Shown here: positions 1 through 11,717 of the stretch, one piece after another
Layout of the letters: the number at the start of each line of letters is the position of its first letter
Numbering within the stretch: the stretch's first letter is position 1
Assembly: GCF_001194135.2 (NCBI RefSeq)
Contig: NC_068998.1
Location: forward strand, 33,720,427 to 33,754,831
Direction of reading: 5' to 3'
DNA length: 34,405 nt
Origin: Octopus bimaculoides
Lineage: Eukaryota
The notes under the pieces: generated by a model
The model's database searches: none
Seen by the model: only the letters and a program-made list of their open reading frames with translations
Told to the model about the DNA's origin: nothing
Translations under genes and position numbers: made by a program

Positions 1-29
<29 letters not shown>
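1..29. repeat. (AT)n microsatellite, probably the internal microsatellite of the SINE-A copy cut by the window edge
   Basis: Pure AT run directly followed by the SINE-A 3' half, as at 4655-4700. Confidence 0.9.
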
Positions 30-32
<3 letters not shown>

Positions 33-240
33 GTGTGTGTTTGTTCCCCCCAGCATCGCTTGACAATCGATGGTGGTGTGTTTACATCCCCGTAACTTAG
101 TGGTTCGGCAAAATAGACCGATAGAATAAGTACGAGGCTTCCAAAGAATAAGTCCTGGGGGCGATTTGCTCGACTAAAAGGTGGTGCTCCAGCATGGCCG
201 CAATCAAATGACTGAAACAAGTAAAAGAGTAAGAGTAAAA
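30..240 (+). mobile_element. SINE family A, 3' half
   Basis: Aligns by eye to 4700-4898 (gcttgacaa..gtgtgtttacatcccc..aagaataagtcctgggg..ctccagcatggccgca..aaatgactgaaacaa). Confidence 0.9.
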
Positions 241-447
241 TATATATATATATATTGCTATACTTCGGGATAGTCACTTCACTTTTCTTTTGCCAATTAA
301 ACAGGCATCGTTTATTGGATATTCACTTTAGTTTTTATTCATGTTATTTTTAGTTTATACTTTCGTTGAAATTCTTTCATTACACATCTTGTGATCGCAT
401 CACTGACTTTCTGTCCCATGTATCTCCTCTTGTCCTGCTTGTACAGA

Positions 448-490
448 GTCACTGATGAGGTCACAGACTGTGTGATGAAAGAACTTTGAC
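448..490 (+). ncRNA. Minimal type-I hammerhead ribozyme-like motif
   Basis: Stem I GTCA(448-451)/TGAC(487-490); core CTGATGA 452-458; extra G459; stem II GTCACA/TGTGAT (460-465/471-476); GAAA 477-480; stem III AG-aa-CT; cleavage triplet CUU. Confidence 0.6.
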
Positions 491-2024
491 AGACATATAA
501 ACCAAACTGTAGATCAAATAGCTAGAGCGTGTGTTTAAGTAGCAAAAAAAAAAAAATACAGGAAAATTGCAGCAAAGCTTGCATGATAGTGGTGTCAGAC
601 ATGGCATGCAGACCATCATATAACTTCTTTTATGTTTTTCTTTTACTTTATTTTGACATGCACATTGTGTTCTTTTTTCTTCTCTTTCGTATTATGAATT
701 CAGTGTGTGCATGCACATTGCGTGTTCATACTTCTCTTTCTGGTTCCTCCTCAAAACTGTTTATAGATCACAACCATCACATGAATGCAGATTTATGAGG
801 AGCACCTCATGCTCCAATGGTTGTGAAAAAAAATTACCATCTTCAAGTACAATAACATTTGTTTCAAACACATGTATGTATAGACCTATAATTACATGTA
901 TACACATAAACAGGATAAATAGGTCCACATAATTATACACCTATACATCAGCATATATTGACATATCCATTTATTTATATATTCATAGATGAAACAAGAC
1001 TTACAGAAGATTAGTTACTGAAGTCCTGATAGTTACATAAAGTAGTGAATATAAGTCAATATATGTTCTGGAGGAATCACTGCCTGGCTAAGGTTATAAA
1101 TACATTGATAAATCATAAATTCAGAAGCATTAAACAGAACACAGAATTTCAAACACGTATTTCAATACTACGGATAACCATATCTTATAGACTAACAGCT
1201 GTAAAGATGGCACAAGTAATAAACATGTTATAATTACATTACAAACCATTTGATTGACACCTTGATAAATAACATTACTCTGTATTATATAAATCAATAC
1301 TGAAAAGTGATTGGAGTGAATAATAGATTACAAATGGTAATTATAAACAGTTGGTATTATAAAGATAGAAAAGATAAATAGATAGTTAGTAAAATAAGTG
1401 GTGCAAGAGTAGTTAGCATATGGACAGTGAAGTTGATAATAAAATTTTACAGTTCATGAATAATTAAATGCTGTGAGATGAAGTTTTGAGAAAAACAAAC
1501 ATAACACCACTGTAAAGAATCAGTGACTGAAAGTGTGACTAAAGATTATAAACTGAAAGCCCACTACTACTAATAGACGGTTGATTTTCACAAACGTCAG
1601 TATTTAAACAATATAACACACATGCACGCACACACACTCACACACACACACATACATGTGTGCATGTGCTGTGGAGTTCTATTTATTGTGTATATGTAAC
1701 AGATGATAATGGAAGTTAAACATACAAAGCAATTACAAAAAAAAAAAATTTATTAATAAACATGGAACAGAAGTATGGAGTAAACAAACAATAGAAGCAT
1801 CATATGTTATTACAAAATGCAATTCATACCTTAATTTTGTAATATAATATTACTAGGGTTATTACTGTCTATATGGGGATTTATGCCATGATATCAGCAA
1901 AGTCTATATCCATGATGATATGGTTTGAATTATAACTAAATTCAGTTTAATACAGACCAGAGATGAAATTACCCTATACCATCACTTTCATTGTTATTTT
2001 TATCAATATTATTCACATTTATAA

Positions 2025-2220
2025 GGCAGTGAGCAGGCAGAATTGTTAGTAAATGCTTAGCAGCATTTCACCAGTCTTGAGTTCAAATTCTGCTGAGGTC
2101 AGCTTCGCCATTCATTCTTTTGAAGTAGATGGAATAAGTTCCAGTTGAGCACTGGGGTTGATGTAATTGTCTTGCCCCCCCCATCCAACTTGGTGGCCTT
2201 GTGCCAAAATTTGAAACCAA
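2025..2220 (+). mobile_element. SINE family B (tRNA-derived head), near full length
   Basis: B-box-like GAGTTCAAATTC; ends ggccttgtgccaaaatttgaaacc; reverse-complement homolog at 24581-24782. Confidence 0.85.
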
Positions 2221-2499
2221 TATTATCCATGTTCTTATTTTCAATACCCAACTGATAATTATTTCATATTATGTAACGGATAAATATCGAAGAGAAATTA
2301 TATCTGTATTGAATCTCAAATTAATTATTTTTGATAAATGATACATCATGATGATATCTCAAGTAATTCTTGTTTACATAACACACATTTTTCCAACCTA
2401 TTTGACACTTTGTAGCTGAAAATAACAGAAATTTATTGGTTGGAATCTCTGTATCTATCACACACACATATACACAATGTATGCCTATACATAGTTGTC

Positions 2500-2930
2500 A
2501 AAGACATTGCCTGGATAGGTGGTGTTAATGGTGAGCTACACACCTCTGATTTGCAAAGGACATCATACTCATTGCCAAAGCCAAAGATCAACAGCAGCCC
2601 ATGCTGACAGAGCTGAAAACCCATAGCTTAGCAGCAGGCCTTAAAATGAACTACATGAAAATAAAATACATATGACCCAAGAACGTAGTATAAAAAGAAA
2701 CAGAGGTGGGAAGTGATGAAATCAAGGTGATAAAGCAGTATGTCTACTTTGTGCATAGAGTGAATATGCACTGAGATATGGATGCTGAAATCTCAAAGAG
2801 AATAGAGGCAGGATGGAAGGCATTTGCCTCAATAAAAAAGGATCTCGAAGCAAAGCTGGACAAGGCTAATACATGTCAGACTCTTCAGTAGCACTGTCCT
2901 ATCTGCACTCTTATATGCAGGTACTAGAAA
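2500..2930 (+). mobile_element. Decayed RTE-clade LINE reverse transcriptase fragment (absent from ORF track)
   Basis: Manual translation from 2550: FAKDIILIA..GLKMNYMKIK..QYVYF..EISKRIEAGWKAF..(fs)LFSSTVLSALLYAG, i.e. the YADD, thumb and C-terminal RT motifs with stops and frameshifts. Confidence 0.85.
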
Positions 2931-3489
2931 TTTTATATTGCTAGTATATTATTCAACAAAATTTTAATATATGTATATACACATATATATATGTATACAT
3001 ATATATATAGATATATGCATACCATATATGTGTGTGTGTAAGAGAGAAATAATGAGAGAAAGTGAGAGAATATGCATGCACATGTGCATATATTCAGTTG
3101 ATCTTGAACAATGTGCTTACAATGTTAAATTTTAGTGTCAAGCTGAAATTTCACCTTCAAATGCATTAATAAATTCTGCTTGCATTGAGTACCTATTCAC
3201 ACACACACACACACACATTTGTATACGTACCTACTTAGTTACATAAATAATATAATGTAAGTGTACACACATACACACACACACATATCTACACACACAC
3301 ATGGAATTTTTTTGTAGAGCAGTATTTAGTAACACATAATAATACACACATGTACAGCAAACTTACATTCTGAATTTACCCTTAAGCCTGTCATTATGAA
3401 TGTACTCAATATCTTTCTACAACTGAAAATATTTACTTAAGTTACATTTGCAAGCAGTGCTAGAGATAATAATGGAACAGTCAATGATG

Positions 3490-3715
3490 GAGATTAATCT
3501 TAGAAACAACCACAATAATAACAATATGGAAAAACAGTAATATCAATGATAACAGTAATGGTAGTAAGAGCAGTATAGTAGTAATATTGATTATACTATT
3601 AATAATAAGGATGATATTAGTATTAAAAGAAATAATAATAATATTTATGAGAAAAAATAATGATAATAACAAAACAACTATTATTATGCTTATGATTATT
3701 ACTATTTTAATATGT
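3490..3715. repeat. Degenerate (AAT/GAT/AGT)n low-complexity tract
   Basis: Imperfect trinucleotide runs; source of the Ile/Asn-rich spurious ORFs. Confidence 0.7.
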
Positions 3716-3919
3716 TTTATATTTACCACAAGGGCTATGGAAATGTGGACATTGCATGGACAAGTTACAAAACATGTGGTGGTTTACACTGATTTGCTGA
3801 GTGTAAAAATGAAAGAAACAGTACATGCAGTATTCAAAATTTTATAATGCTTCCAAAATAGGGTTATCTTGCAGGGCTAGTTAAACTACCTTACATATCC
3901 AAGATTAACTTGCACTTAC

Positions 3920-4026
3920 TGAGAATAGCCCAATTTACTTTTACAAATTTATCAGAGAAAAATACTGTCCTCTCTTCCATCATATTTCTCTCCAAGTTTA
4001 ACCAAAAATAATTGACGAAGGCTTTG
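3920..4026 (-). CDS. Candidate internal coding exon of an unidentified gene (phase 2 to 1)
   Basis: Acceptor gagttttcttttcag|, donor TCA|gtaagt, open frame KAFVNYFWLNLERNMMEERTVFFSDKFVKVNWAIL. No family recognised and no phase-compatible neighbour found. Confidence 0.3.
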
Positions 4027-4492
4027 CTGAAAAGAAAACTCCCAGTGTTCAGTTCTTTCAATACCATCTACAACACATCCTTATTTTCCATTACTCTTTT
4101 TCCATACTCATCAAACAGAGAAAACCAACTTAATCTTCTCAACCAATTTTCATGATGGATTTATCCAATAACTAAGTTCATGCTCAAGTCATGTACATGC
4201 AGAATAGTTTGATTGCTTTATTCCCATTTCTGACACAACCAGATCATAGCACTTCTGTTATTATATTTATTTCTAAAAGCTGCAACATACCAGCCAACTG
4301 ATTCTCATTGAAAGTAAGACATTTACTTATCTATGGTCCTCTCTGTAATGCTAATATGGCATCATTACTCAGATAGTAGAGGGTTGTTGTCTTCTGACAA
4401 CACCACAGTTGGTAAATACAATGTTCATATATTAATCTTCATTTGATCCAAGACTGCCCCTCTGTCAAAGAAACAAGTTTTGAGAACATATA

Positions 4493-4655
4493 GGCACAGA
4501 AGTGGCTGCATGGTAAGAAGCTTGCTTCCCAACAACATGGTTTCAGGTTCAGTTCCACTGCATGGCACCTTGGGCAAGTGTCTTCTACTATAGCCTCAGG
4601 CCAATCAAAAGCCTTGTCAGTGGATTTGGTAGATGGAAACTGAAAGACGCCTGTC

Positions 4656-4695
<40 letters not shown>

Positions 4696-4898
4696 TTGTG
4701 TGTCAGTGTTTGTCCCCACCTTTGCTTGACAACCAATGCTGGTGTGTTTACATCCCCATGACTTAGTGGCTAAGCAAAAAGAGAGTGAAAAAGTACTAGA
4801 CTTACAAAGAATAAGTCCTGGGGTTGATTTGTTTAACTAAAAGGTGGTACTCCAGCATGGCCGCAGTCAAATGACTGAAACAAATAAAAGAACAAAAG
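4493..4898 (+). mobile_element. SINE family A, full length (tRNA-like head, CORE-like block, internal GT/AT microsatellite, 3' domain)
   Basis: Head AGTGGCTGCATGGTAAG, B-box-like GGTTCAGTTCC, CORE-like ccttgggcaagt, microsatellite about 4655-4700; both halves match other copies in the window. Confidence 0.9.
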
Positions 4899-5029
4899 GA
4901 TATGTCTGACAGGTGGTGACCACACCCACTCAGCATCTTGGAATTTCTTGCAGCATTAGTGTGTGAAATTTTATGTATCACCAGCTTTGGCATTTTGAGT
5001 TTGTTGTAAATCAGGTTTTGGCAGCAGAT

Positions 5030-5400
5030 AGCATTTTAGCCAGTAGAATGTATCCCTTCTATAAAAAGGGTGGTGAAAGGAATGTATCCCTTCTATAAAA
5101 AGGGTGGTGAAACAAGCTGCATGAACTAGGAATCCTGTGGATTAATATTATTGAGGATAAATTCCCAAGATTTTTATCACAAATGTAAGATAAATATATT
5201 TCATATCTATACAAGTCAGAGCCCTATGAGCATAAAGGATTCATTGGCCAAGTAGATCTGCTCCTCATTCTATCAACTTTGGTGTCTCAGAGTTCATTTT
5301 TGTCTCATATTCTCCTCCTCCTAAATACATCAATGAGGTACTTCCACCGCGTATATCAACTCCCACTTTTGCACATATGATACTACTCTTTAAATTATAA
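5030..5400 (+). mobile_element. Highly decayed CR1/L2/Jockey-group LINE RT remnant with internal deletion
   Basis: Frameshifted motifs YPFYKKGG (PIYKKGD-like), KLHELGI, GV(P)QSSFLSHILLLL-YINE (GVPQGSILGP..YIND-like) and FAH-DTTL (FADDTTL-like). Confidence 0.6.
5046..5112. repeat. Perfect 33-bp direct repeat, period 34
   Basis: gaatgtatcccttctataaaaagggtggtgaaa at 5046-5078 and 5080-5112. Confidence 0.95.
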
Positions 5401-5562
5401 TGATGCAGATTATAAAATAATTGTTCAAAATACCAGGGATGCTTTTGTAAAACTTAGTTTAGTACAGGGAAGAATATTTGGCTAAAATCGGAACACAATT
5501 ACTTAGTAAGCATGAGATCCATGTTTCAATCCTAGTTGATTAAAAAATATAAATGTATTGTA

Positions 5563-5655
5563 GGCACTGCAAAGCCCCATGGTTAAAAAGTTTGCTTTGA
5601 AACCTTAAAGTCACAGTTTTCATTCCACTGCATGGTTTCTTGGATAAGTATGTTT
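5563..5655 (+). mobile_element. Decayed SINE 5' head, family A-like
   Basis: ggttaaaaagtttgct..ttccactgcatgg..ttggataagt resembles 4510-4580. Confidence 0.5.
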
Positions 5656-5764
5656 TTTTTTTTAATCTTGGCTAAGTATTTTTTTTATTGATTCATACCT
5701 AAGACTGTATTGTGAAATTGAATTATAGATACAATCCACTAATCAGGTGGATTGGATTATATCT

Positions 5765-5875
5765 GTAGTTCAAAGGTCTGACCTTGCTACACTGTCATGC
5801 TGACTATACCTGAGAATTACATAAAGAGTACATCTTATGGAATACTCAGCCACTTACATGTTAATTCATTTATGA
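5765..5875 (+). repeat. Fragment of another interspersed repeat
   Basis: gtagttcaaagg..ctgagaattac..actcagccacttacatgttaatt resembles an octopus repeat I recall; no second copy in the window. Confidence 0.35.
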
Positions 5876-7311
5876 TTGGAAATTCAGACTGATAACCATT
5901 TCATTATTTATATTGACCTCATATTAAACTGTTAGCCATTAAGTTATATATACACACTCAGGACGGTTTCTCCTTTCTTCTTTGCATTTTTTGGAGAGTT
6001 GTAATTACCATCTGCTTCTTAATAATAAAAATGCCTCCATTAACTGCTACTACTGTCCTCCAAACTGTTCTGTCTTTAACAATACTTCTCTGGGTTTGTG
6101 ATCAATATGGCACTTTTGCAAGTTGCTTTTATTGTTGCCTTTGAAATGCAGCTTGGTTCTTCATCTTTGTACTTCCTTAAAAAAAAAAGTCTCACTGAAA
6201 GCAATCGTTTTGGAATCCCTTTTGTGTGCCAGAAATTTTAACATTCTAGTCATCATTATTGATACTGGCACAGGATAGACATTAATTTTGGAAGTTTAGC
6301 TAGCTGCAACACTTTGATGCTGGTGATTTTTATCATGCCATCAAGTGTTTAAGAACTTACAAAGGCACTGAAAATGGAATGAATTCAGCCTTTTCAATTT
6401 CACAATTCTTGAGTAAATAGTCCATGACATTGATTCATGAAACTGAGGATAAACACTTCATAGATTTTGATTTTAGTTCTTCCATGCTATATATTTGTGT
6501 GCATGTATGTGTGTGTGTTTGTGTGTGTGTTGTATGCGGGTGTATATGCATGTGTTGTGTGAGTGTGATTGTGTGTTTGTGTAAACATTTGTTTTAATTT
6601 GATTTTATCAACACAAAATTCATTTCTTTGATACCCTTGAAATTAATTGCTCGTTGTGAGGTGTCATAAAATTCCAATGAAACTCTTTCTCTCTCTCTCC
6701 TGTTTCCCTCTCTTTTTCTAGCTTGCACTCTCTCTTTTGTCTTTTTCCCAGCTCTAAAGGCTAAAAGATATCATCTCAATAAAGTTAATGCTCTATAAAT
6801 ATAATGTTTCACCCCCATGTAGAAAATGGCTTTTAAATCCTATCTAATAACAGTATGTGCTCATTATTTGAGTTGATTTTCTCTTTCATTCACAATTACC
6901 TGCTAATCCTCAAATGCCACTTAATACCTCATTTGCTGCTTCAAATATTCCCACTCAAAGAATCACAAAACACTATTATCTCTTAAAATACTGTTTCCAA
7001 AGGACTTTTCATAGTTTCCCTTCAATTAATATTAGCAGTATCAGCATTCAAGTTCAGATAATTTTTTGATTAAATTTCTAATTTGATATCAACTGATTAA
7101 ATTATATTTAGTAAATCATCATCGAAACTACACAGCAATCAGACAAATGATATTTCATAGTGAAGATTTTAATGAATCACATTTATTTACTCCGACCAGC
7201 AATTGTAAATTATATTAATTATAAATGTAGTTATCATAGCTGAAGCAAAAGTGACAAATGACATGTTGCACATTATTTATTAACCAACTCTGTATGTTGT
7301 GGGCATTAATT

Positions 7312-7410
7312 ATTCTTTTACTGGTTTCAGCCACTGACCAGAGGACACTGTGGGAACTTGAAGTTGTTTAAATAATTTTTATAGTTGATTATATCAACAT
7401 CAATACTTTT
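7312..7410 (-). mobile_element. SINE-A 3' end fragment
   Basis: tcttttactggtttcagccact is the reverse complement of the family A terminus. Confidence 0.5.
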
Positions 7411-7739
7411 ACATCTATTTCTTGAGTGGCAAAGTTTACCTTTTGGTGTGAAGAGACATAATTCAAACATAACCTAATGTCTCTGCAGTATTTTTGTTCA
7501 TTGCACTGAGTTTTTGCAAATATACTCACCTGCACAGACACATATCCACACACAACATACACTTACACAAACTTATATGTATGTGTATGCAGGTGTGTGC
7601 ATGTGTGTGTTTGTGAGTGTGTGTGTGTGCTTACACACACATCTAATATAATAAATGTGAATACTAATTTATGTGTGTCAGTGTGTGTCACACCTTGACT
7701 CTCTCTCTCACTATTGATTGACACTACTACTATTGCTCA

Positions 7740-8175
7740 TGTTGGGATGAGAGTAATAGTAGACATAGAGATTGTGATGGTGGTGGTGAAGACAGACAGA
7801 GAGAGAAAAAGAAAAAGGAGAGAAAGACAAAGAAATTTAGTAGTGTTTATGGTGGCAGTGGGAGTAATAAGAGAGAGAGAGAAAGAGGGACTGACCACTG
7901 AACTAATATGCTGAAGTAACATACTGAATGAACACACACATTTAGCCTTTTTGTGATGATAATGGGCTGTAGTTGTGATAGAAGTGGAGGTGGCTGTGAT
8001 GGTGGTGTTGGTGGTAACCGAGGTGGTGAGGGATGAAGTGAGAATAAGCAATGTGAAAGACAGTGGTGATGATGATGGAGGGGAAGGCGGCGAAGTCAAT
8101 GGTTTTGATGGTAGTGGCGTCAGAAGTCTGAATGTGTGTGTATGGCAGATGAGGTGGTGATGGTAGTGGTACTGT
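7740..8175. repeat. Low-complexity (GA)n and (GGT/GAT)n tract
   Basis: Imperfect purine-rich and GGT/GAT repeats; explains ORFs 7714-8207. Confidence 0.75.
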
Positions 8176-8710
8176 TGCTTATCATGCAGCTTTGCAATAA
8201 AATTCAAGTTGACAAATTAAATCATTGTTTTGATGAAAATTTTTCAATGCTTAAAAAACATTGTTCAAGTATAATAAAGTCTAATATGTACTTAATGCAT
8301 ATAAAGTGTCATTGTTGGACTCAAGGTCTAATGAAGAGCCCTTCATAGGAGCTAGGTTAAAATCTGCCCGATTGGGTGGCTTTTACGCTAGTATATGTAT
8401 ATGTCACAAATCCAGCATAAGGTAATTAGTAGTTAATATCCAACCCCAAAATTCTAATACCAGATATCCTGATGTATTGTGAATCAACTAATAAGACCTT
8501 ACATCTAGATCTAATATATATATATATGGACACACATGTGTATATATTACACACACACACACAAAAAAAAAACTCCTCCCACATTGTATTCAACATACTA
8601 ACCTGTAAGAAAGAATCATGCATATAAACACTACCTCAACTGGACTATTAGTTTGATGACTAGAAAATTTTGAAGTCACTGACTACAGATTATTAAATGT
8701 GTGTGTGACT

Positions 8711-8845
8711 GGTTCTCATACAGTTTCTATTTAAAAGATTTCACTCTCAAGGCATTGGGTAATGTAAGATTATGATATGGAACACATTTGTACATGGTAT
8801 CATACAATGTGATTGAATCTTGAACTTTGTGGTTGTATCTGTACA
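8711..8845 (-). mobile_element. SINE-A 5' half, decayed
   Basis: cagtttctatt..ttcactctcaaggcattgg..gattgaatcttgaactttgtggttg matches the reverse complement of 4520-4650. Confidence 0.6.
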
Positions 8846-9169
8846 CCATTTCTGAGTTTCACTTCAGAATATCTCTATCTTATGTATTGGTGTAGAATAA
8901 AACAGAAGCACATTACTGTCCATGTTAGCAGAAGAAGTGTTATCCTAGTCTTCTATACTTCTTCGCTCTTCTCCTGTCAGTTACTGATTATATACATTTA
9001 TCTTCTCTACACTTGCACTACTACCTCCACAAATACTTTTTACCCAAATGATTTTCTGTAAATAACAATTTATGGTTATCTAACAGTTTTCCCTGTAGAT
9101 ATTGTTTTATATGTTATCTCTTCCATGTTTAAATTTATATTCAAAATTCAATTGGTTTATTCATTACCA

Positions 9170-10155
9170 GCAGCATGGATTGATTCATATTCTCTCAAGA
9201 TCAAATCACAAAATACAACACAAAATGGTTTGTATCTTCTCCCCATACCTAACATGGTGGGCAGTGGTTTGATTTACAAATATCCCCATCATATGCAGCT
9301 TAGCTGTTCTTGCTCCATGGTCTGATTTTAGTCTACCAAGCATATGTCCACCACTTTCTGGTTAGATAATAGAAGCCAGGCAGTGGTTCAGTGGTATCCA
9401 TAACCAGGTCCCCACTACTGAGAGGATAGTTCCTTCATTTATTCCTTTGGGTTTCCTTAATGTTGAAGCTGTCCTTTACAAATTTATAAAAAGGCTTTCT
9501 TAATTAATTTTTCAGGTAGTAGGTGTTGTGACAGTTATTTGTTTCAGGAACCGTATTTCTATTTCCATATGACAATACGGCAGTTGAATGGTTTCCATTC
9601 TATAAAGCACTTATTATTGGCAGACAGATCAAAGTTGTAGATTTAATGACATTAGATAACATTTGCATCGTTTCATTTAGCTGGGTGTTTATTTTATTTG
9701 TATGGGTGTTTTATGTTCGTAATTAGGATACAATATTTAGCTGAGACCAGTGCAGATGTTCTTAGTACATTTTGAAATACTCCACAGGGTACTGCAGTTA
9801 ACCTTCTGATCAGCATGTTTCTCTTTATCACTTTTTGAGCAGTGCTTTCTAGAAGTTGTCTGAATGTTAGGGTCCTGTTGAATATTACTCCAAGGTATTT
9901 AGAGTGTTTTACTGGATGGAGTCATTTGTTATTGAGCAGTATTTGTAGCACTTGGTTTGCCTAATTTTTTACTGGGGTGGAAAAGAGTCATCACACTTTT
10001 GGAGGAAAGGGTTGTTTATAGGCATCATTTGTTAAGCAATTCCATCATGTTGAATTAGTAGGCTGTGGCCATGTAATGTAATCAGCATGTCCTAACATCT
10101 TGGGGTGCTGTTTATATGACTTTCCCACTATAGCTGGGATTCTTAGGAGCAGGTG
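9170..10155 (-). mobile_element. Decayed Ingi/Vingi-like LINE, 3' part (absent from ORF track)
   Basis: Manual minus-strand translation: GHADYIT (YADD-like, about 10078-10092), KYLGVIFNRTLTF, KRNMLIRRL..GVFQNVLRTSAL..SAKYC, INTQLNETMQMLS..KSTTLICLPIIS, PGFY..RKWW, LGRLKSDHG. Order and motifs match the Ingi/Vingi C-terminal region as I recall it. Confidence 0.75.
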
Positions 10156-10378
10156 TGAAAGAGCAGAATGGAATAAAGAATAGGGAAAGATTCATGAAAA
10201 AATTAGCCTCATTTTTCATTTTGTTAATTTTGTTAATAATATCTCCTAGCTTATATAATTACAGGTGCCATCTTTAAATTCACTCCAAGCAGACAACCTC
10301 TTTTGTGGTTGTTTGACATTACTAGATGGCAAATGAATCTTTCTCAAAACATGCCTAGCAGATCACAGGTGTGCTCAA

Positions 10379-10529
10379 TCAGGGTGATAAATTCCATCTT
10401 CTTTTCATTCACATTTAGTCCTATGTTAGCAGCAGCATTTTCCAGGAGATGTAGTAAATGTTCAGCATATTTTGTGTTGTCTGCAAAGAGCACTATGCCA
10501 TCAGTATAATTGGTGTTAGTCAAGTAGGT
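10379..10529 (-). mobile_element. Short RTE-type RT fragment, separate copy of the family at 10701-12103
   Basis: Aligns to about 11330-11480; translates NYTDGIVLFADNTKYAEHLLHLLENAAANIGLNVNEKK; lies outside the TSD of the neighbouring insertion. Confidence 0.85.
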
Positions 10530-10700
10530 TATATTAAACTACGGTTTTACCTTTAAATTACCTACTACTGTATAACTTATAACAAGGACCATACATACTG
10601 AGGTAATACCAGGAGTGCTTTTGGATGCATCTATCCCTTAGACGGTTACATTACCTCTAACTTATATCTTAAATAGTAATTTATACATAAACATAAACAA

Positions 10701-11717
10701 TCATCATCATCTAGTCAGGCTGATTGCCTGGGCCAGTTTGACTACCTCCCTCCATCCCTCCTGTTCTTCCATTAGTGTTTTTAGGTCTTCAACTTGGCAT
10801 CCAACATCTTCTGCAAGCTGTTGTGTAATACGTCTTCCATGGCCTTCCAGCTGCTGTGGTACCAGGATTTGGTGTCCACAGCAACACATTACTCACAAGT
10901 TCTTCTTTACTTCTCCAGCAGAGGCCAGCAAACCTCAACCTCTGCTCTTGGATGGTTGATGAGAAAGTTGGTACATTCTCATATAACTGCTGTTTTGTTG
11001 GGTGCTCTCTCCAAGAGATGTTGAGAACTGCATGTAACATTCTGGTGTAGGCACCATCCAGCATGCACCTGAGTTTCTTGGTTGAGAGTCCAAGTCAGAG
11101 ATCCCTATACAAGCACAGATTCAACAACTGCTCTGAAGAACTGTCTCTTCAATTTATCTGGTAGCATTGACTTCCATATTGTTCTAAGACCATCTATAGC
11201 TGCCCAAGCTTTAGCAACGTGAGATTTAATATCTTTTTCAGTGGACATGATATTGCTGCCTAGATAAGTAAACTTGTTGACATTTTTCAAGGGCTTTTGT
11301 TTGATGGTCTTGATTTCACTTGTTGTGTTCAGGGTGATAAACTCTGTCTTCTTTTCATTTACATAGAGCCCAATGTTAGCAGCTGCATTTTCCAGGAGAT
11401 GGAGTAAATGTTCAGCATTTTTTTGTGTTGCATGTGAAGAGCGCTATGTCATCAGCATAATTGGCGTCAGTCTAGTAGGTGACCAGATATCTTCTGCCTC
11501 TAGACTTCTGTAAAGTGAAACCCAGAACATTGTGTTGAACTACTGAGGTATGCAATACATAATTGAGGCACAAGATGAACAAGCAAGGAGCTAGTGTGTC
11601 ACTCTGCAGTACTCCTGCACAAACGTCAAGGAGATCAGTATCTCCATCTGGTGACTGCACTTTCGCTTGGGTGTTTTTATACAGCATCATTACTGACTTT
11701 ATTGTTTCATCAGGGAT
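10701..11717 (-). mobile_element. RTE-type LINE, sense 3' segment with (GAT)n tail
   Basis: IPDETIKSVMMLY..GVLQSDTLAPCLF..NYADDIAL..FTYLGS..RLRFAG..GRPWKT; tail gatgatgatga ends at 10701; several stops and frameshifts. Confidence 0.95.

Noticed and set aside
796-815. Overlapping alternative mini-hairpins TGAGG/CCTCA and GGAGCA/TGCTCC
   Set aside because: 5-6 bp stems are expected by chance.
5724-5767. Hairpin caatccac/gtggattg with outer helix
   Set aside because: Short, single copy, lies in repeat-derived sequence.
6076-6425. Two-exon minus-strand mini-ORF (MDYLLKNC..PL|KYKDEEP..YC*)
   Set aside because: Only 54 aa, AAG acceptor, no recognisable family; a phase match has a 1 in 3 chance.
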